Source: a virus
Lineage: Duplodnaviria; Heunggongvirae; Uroviricota; Caudoviricetes
DNA length: 12,701 nucleotides
Strand: one strand, 5' to 3'
Virus record (IMG/VR): IMGVR_UViG_2526164599_000005
Under the pieces are notes generated by a model. That model saw nothing but the letters and a program-made list of their open reading frames with translations, made no database searches and was not told the DNA's origin. This document shows positions 9,433 through 12,701 of the stretch, piece by piece (within the stretch, counting starts at the first letter, position 1; every line of letters begins with the position of its first letter). A program made the position numbers and the translations under genes.

Positions 9433-9564
9433 AAACTTTATATGGATGCTATTTTTATAATAGCTGGTAAAAACTGGCCGAACTGAAATTCACTGTTGAT
9501 AAAAAAGATGTGTTTGAGTGTATGTCATTGTTTTCTTAATGGAATCCACTAGAATACAGCGAAT

Positions 9565-9762
9565 TTAAGAAGGTGGATTTTTATTGGAATATAAACTACA
9601 ATAATGCTCAACTCGTTCGTAGAATTGTTTTTTCTTATTTCTTGGAATGCTAACTATTATATGCATTATGGGGGCGATACTTCCTGATAATTTACATGAT
9701 GCATACATTGAAGCAATAAATTCAATATCATTGTCATCAAAGTTAAAGCTTTCTCCGTTCAT
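9565..9762 (-). CDS. Hypothetical small protein (65 aa), unrecognised
   Basis: ORF MNGESFNFDDNDIEFIASMYASCKLSGSIAPIMHIIVSIPRNKKKQFYERVEHYCSLYSNKNPPS; minus-strand context TAAGGAATTGAAATG gives an AAGGA Shine-Dalgarno 6 nt before the ATG. AT-rich, so a chance ORF is possible. Confidence 0.3.
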   Translation of the reverse strand: MNGESFNFDDNDIEFIASMYASCKLSGSIAPIMHIIVSIPRNKKKQFYERVEHYCSLYSNKNPPS

Positions 9763-10087
9763 TTCAATTCCTTATGTGTTTGACACAACTGATGCTGTAT
9801 CCCATGAGAATTTATGCAAGTTGTTATGTTTGATTTGATATTGCAATGATAATTGTAGCTAATTGTTTTCAATTGAGTGAAAGTTTATTTCGAGTGATTA
9901 AGTCGAAAAAAAAGATTTCTCACGGTTAGTAAGCGTATTAGGTCAGTATTCAGATATGAATGGTATTAATGACTAAATTTTCAATCATATATGGATTTTT
10001 ATGCTGATGAAGGTGTTTTATTTGGCGATTCGTCAAGCATCTTCACTTAAGTAATCGTATATTTTAAGAGTGCAAAAGAGAAAGGGA

Positions 10088-10190
10088 CAACGTTGCTCGC
10101 ACTCTGGATTAAATATAGGGTATTGTTAAACTTCGTTGATACATAATTGTACCGGATATTGAGTGGTCTGAAGTCCCAGTCATTAAGTAA
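10088..10190 (+). repeat. Second, more diverged and AT-shifted direct copy of the tfa 3' end (remnant 2)
   Basis: ACGTTGCTCGCACTCTGGATTAAATATAGGGTATTGTTAAACTTCGTTGATACATAA...CCGGATATTGAGTGGTCTGAAGTCCCAGTCATTAAGTAA; translation TLLALWIKYRVLLNFVDT* / PDIEWSEVPVIK* parallels tfa [20 protein letters not shown] / [11 protein letters not shown]. Confidence 0.6.
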
Positions 10191-10538
10191 TTGTTTCGTG
10201 ATATGCTGCAGAAACGTTGTATGCAATAACGTTCTGCGGTTGGCTGGTGAACTTTCGATAGTGCGGGTATTGAATGATTTCCAGCCGTTACCGATTTTAT
10301 ATAACTGCAGTGGAATTATTCAACACACAGGCAAAACGGAATAAGCTGAGAAAAAAGCGTGCTTTCCCAATCTGGGGCAAATCACTTCTGAATGACACCT
10401 GAAAACAGGTGGTGGACTCAAGAAGGCTTGGAATATTCTTCTTTAATGTTATGTAATTCATTGATTTTTCGTGTACGATTTTAAGACATTTATTCCAAGA
10501 AAAATTTTTAACTCTTTGATTTTTCGACTCTGTATCAT

Positions 10539-10600
10539 CGGTCTCGAAAACCGGAGTAGGGGCAACTCTACCGGGGGTTCAAATCCCCCTCTCTCCGCCA
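10539..10600 (+). other. 3' fragment (about 62 nt, anticodon stem to CCA) of tRNA-Ser(CGA); attR-type core repeat, not a functional tRNA
   Basis: CGGTCTCGAAAACCGGAGTAGGGGCAACTCTACCGGGGGTTCAAATCCCCCTCTCTCCGCCA matches the 3' part of E. coli serU as I recall it (anticodon loop CTCGAAA, long variable arm, T-arm GGGGGTTCAAATCCCCC). No complementary 5' acceptor strand upstream. Confidence 0.75.
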
Positions 10601-11184
10601 CTTTATCAATGACTTATCTCCCGACTTCCCGCCTTGCTTTTCCTAAACAGAACAATCGTAGAATATTCTTGAAGGGTTAGATCGTCACTGTTTTCTGTTC
10701 GATACTGTGACATTCAGCACTTGATTCACTATGGATCTGACAGGAAGGTTTTGAGCGAAAATTTGCAGTTATTCAGTCGTTTTCTTATCGGTCACCATTA
10801 TTCTTTTAGACATTGATCCTACAAAGCTGCCGCAAAGTTGGTGGTGGGAACTGAAGTTGCGTAGAGAAGGGGTCAATACCCGGAGGCAAACATGGGCTGG
10901 CAAAAGTGTAGCGGTATTAGGCGCAGCTATTTAGCCTAGTTATGTTTTATGAAAACTTGATATCATATAAGTGTCTTACTTATTGGCTGTAAATAAGTTT
11001 TTCCTAAGGAATTGTTTCTTGAGTATCATTTGTAACTGTAACGGAATTTATAATCCTTTGCTTTATTGTTACGGTATTTTTTATCACACCCTATTTTTTA
11101 TGTGGTTTTTTATACTGAAGTTTGGCAAAGTGAACTTTATATGCATATACTTCATCCTGGTTTCAGTTAAGTTGGGTGGATGAT

Positions 11185-11928
11185 ATGGCAACTACATGTT
11201 CAGTTATATTGATTTTGGAGTCCTTTGATGTTTATTTCGGAAAAGAGAGTGTGTTTCTAGAGAAAGGTTCATCTGTACTTGTCGACTCTAGCTCTAGAGA
11301 TTTTTTCCTGACATATCCTGAAAGAGTGATAGTGGCGGATTTTGGCGCTGAGTTTATTAGTCGCTATTTGAAAGCTAATAACTTAAGGGATATTTCTGAT
11401 TGTAGGGAATATCCATCTTATTTAAAAATAAACTTTGCTGACTTCAGTTTAATTAAAGGATTAATTAGTTGGGCTAATCACTGTGCTGAATACATAGAAA
11501 TTTTTGATGAGTCTATTGCTTTTACATGTCTCTCTGCATTTTCTTCTGAAAAACAATTTGGAGTATTTCTGTTTGAATGTTTGAAAAGCACAGAGGCTAA
11601 AGTTAAAACGATTATTCATACGGATTTATCTGCACCATGGCGTCTTAAGGATATATCATCAAGATTATATCTCAGCGAAAGTTTACTAAAGAGGAAATTG
11701 AAAGAAGAGGGGGTATCATTCAGTAAGATCATACTTGATGAGAGGATGCAAATGGCTGAATATTTACTCAGCACTCGTTGTTATCCTATTAGTAAAGTAG
11801 CTAAGGTCTGTGGTTATGCCAGTGTCTCATACTTTACTTATGTATTTAGACGTTATTTTGGTGTTTCTCCAAGTCAATACTCTCAGAGGAGTTCAGAAAG
11901 TAAAATTCTTACTCACCAGGGAATCTGA
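11185..11928 (+). CDS. AraC/XylS-family transcriptional regulator, YdeO/AppY/EnvY-like (horizontally acquired type); 247 aa from ATG 11185 (ORF track starts at GTG 11176)
   Basis: C-terminal dual-HTH region WRLKDISSRLYLSESLLKRKLKEEGVSFSKIILDERMQMAEYLLSTRCYPISKVAKVCGYASVSYFTYVFRRYFGVSPSQY resembles YdeO/AppY as I recall them; N-terminus TCSVILILESFD resembles their CSV(V/I)FI motif; GGTGGA SD-like sequence 4 nt upstream; very AT-rich. Confidence 0.85.
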   Translation: MATTCSVILILESFDVYFGKESVFLEKGSSVLVDSSSRDFFLTYPERVIVADFGAEFISRYLKANNLRDISDCREYPSYLKINFADFSLIKGLISWANHCAEYIEIFDESIAFTCLSAFSSEKQFGVFLFECLKSTEAKVKTIIHTDLSAPWRLKDISSRLYLSESLLKRKLKEEGVSFSKIILDERMQMAEYLLSTRCYPISKVAKVCGYASVSYFTYVFRRYFGVSPSQYSQRSSESKILTHQGI

Positions 11929-12422
11929 TCATTGTTCTTGCCCCCTTATTTCCAGACAGGGGGTGTATCTTAAGTTAACGTTACCCGCTGACGTCGATAT
12001 TCTCGCGGAGAGCGATAACCCAACGCACTGTGCGGATGGTTTTCATTGTAATGATCGATCGCCACTGCAAGATTATGCAATGCCGTTCTTACATTCGGTT
12101 TCGGCATGAACGCGATGTAGTCTTCCTTCATCGTTTTCACGAACCTTTCTGCCATTCCATTACTCTGAGGACTGCTGATTGCCGTTGTGCAGGGCTCCAG
12201 ATTCAACTCTCTGGCGAACTGCCATGTTTCATGCGCTCTATACGCTGAACCGTTATCTGTCAGCCACTGGATGGACTGTTCCGGTACTTTATCGCCAAAG
12301 CGTTTTTCTATCGCTCCTAACATGACATCCTGCACTGTCGCTTTATCGTAACCTCCCGTGCTTGCGGCCCAGTCTATGGCTTCACGATCGCAACAGTCCA
12401 GGGCGAACGTAACACGCAGTTT
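11929..12422 (-). mobile_element. Remnant of an IS2-like element (right end plus 3' part of insD), 5'-truncated by another IS
   Basis: 11929-11975 resembles the IS2 right terminal region (…TTGCCCCC…ATTTCCAGACA…CTTAAG…CCCGCTG…); contains the insD-like C-terminal ORF. Terminus is within about 5 nt of the regulator stop codon. Confidence 0.7.
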
Positions 12423-12437
12423 TGAATCGCCACGGGT
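11970..12437 (-). pseudogene. IS2-like transposase OrfB (InsD-like, integrase core), C-terminal fragment only
   Basis: Minus-strand translation ...[108 protein letters not shown]...[14 protein letters not shown] parallels IS2 InsD (...[42 protein letters not shown]...). An upstream in-frame stop at 12438-12440 shows the N-terminal two-thirds are missing. Confidence 0.75.
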
Positions 12438-12701
12438 TTAACAGACACCTCAGAGTCATTTAAGATGGCTTAAAGAGAGGTGCCCATGAGCGGTAAGCGT
12501 TATCCCGAAGAGTTTAAAACTGAAGCAGTCAAACAGGTTGTTGATCGCGGTTATTCTGTTGCCAGCGTTGCAACACGTCTCGATATCACCACCCACAGCC
12601 TTTATGCCTGGATAAAGAAGTACGGTCCGGATTACTCCACTTTTTCATCAAGCCAATCCGCCCACCACTGCATCATTTCTCTGCGCTTATCGAGATACTG
12701 A
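12423..12701 (+). mobile_element. Left end of a different IS3-family element (terminal TGA..., then orfA); extent to the right uncertain
   Basis: Begins TGAATCGCCACGGGTTTAACAGACACCTCAGAG exactly where insD-like homology stops; followed by an SD (AGAGAGG) and an IS3-type OrfA. Confidence 0.5.
12486..12701 (+). CDS. IS3-family transposase OrfA (HTH), probably truncated or disrupted after about residue 50
   Basis: MSGKRYPEEFKTEAVKQVVDRGYSVASVATRLDITTHSLYAWIKKYGPD is a typical IS3-family OrfA N-terminus; the following residues (YSTFSSSQSAHHCIISLRLSRY*) lack the usual leucine-zipper character. Confidence 0.6.
   Translation: MSGKRYPEEFKTEAVKQVVDRGYSVASVATRLDITTHSLYAWIKKYGPDYSTFSSSQSAHHCIISLRLSRY

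Noticed and set aside
10147-10344. 65-aa plus-strand ORF (MYRILSGLKS...) and 70-aa ORF 10971-11183
   Set aside because: Both are Cys/Asn/Ile/Phe-rich translations of AT-rich DNA with no RBS. The first overlaps tfa remnant 2 and the 10207-10236 hairpin; the second sits in the regulator's AT-rich leader. Both are consistent with chance ORFs.
10471-10680. 69-aa plus-strand ORF (MYDFKTFIPR...)
   Set aside because: It runs straight through the tRNA-Ser 3' fragment (its GGSNPPLSA stretch is the translated T-arm/acceptor); it is an artefact of the att remnant.
8746-11175. Searched for a DNA invertase (pin/gin-type) and inverted tail-fibre cassettes downstream of tfa
   Set aside because: No ORF of invertase size exists here, and the tfa-derived repeats are direct rather than inverted, so an invertible-segment host-range switch is not supported.
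11810-12248. Plus-strand ORFs 11810-12109 and 12030-12248
   Set aside because: They overlap the 3' end of the AraC-family gene and the antisense of the insD-like fragment; no homology or RBS, whereas the minus-strand insD frame carries conserved integrase-core motifs.
1-12701. CRISPR arrays, rRNA genes, complete tRNA genes
   Set aside because: No regularly spaced direct repeats were seen, and the only tRNA-like sequence (10539-10600) lacks a 5' half. I cannot rule out small structured RNAs without a covariance-model search.

Overview
This window reads as the right (tail-fibre) arm of a decaying lambdoid prophage in an Escherichia/Shigella-type chromosome, followed by the prophage boundary and a small IS-scarred island. 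Order, left to right: partial IS2 (insC, minus strand) inserted in the phage J gene; a 175-nt J fragment; a complete 2700-bp IS66-family element (tnpA-tnpB-tnpC, minus strand) with imperfect terminal inverted repeats and an intact 8-bp target duplication, also in J; the J C-terminal fragment; lom; a 1132-aa mosaic side tail fibre (stf); tfa. After tfa the sequence becomes strongly AT-rich and ORF-poor for about 1.8 kb, containing two degenerate direct copies of the tfa 3' end, then a 62-nt 3' fragment of tRNA-Ser(CGA) that looks like an attR core. Beyond it lie an orphan AraC-family regulator of the YdeO/AppY type, abutted by an IS2-like insD remnant and the start of another IS3-family element. 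I found no CRISPR array, no intact tRNA/rRNA and no invertase. I do not see a clear multi-gene novel system; the least explained parts are the ORF-poor accessory segment between tfa and the tRNA fragment and the orphan regulator. All homology calls are from memory of protein families, not from searches.
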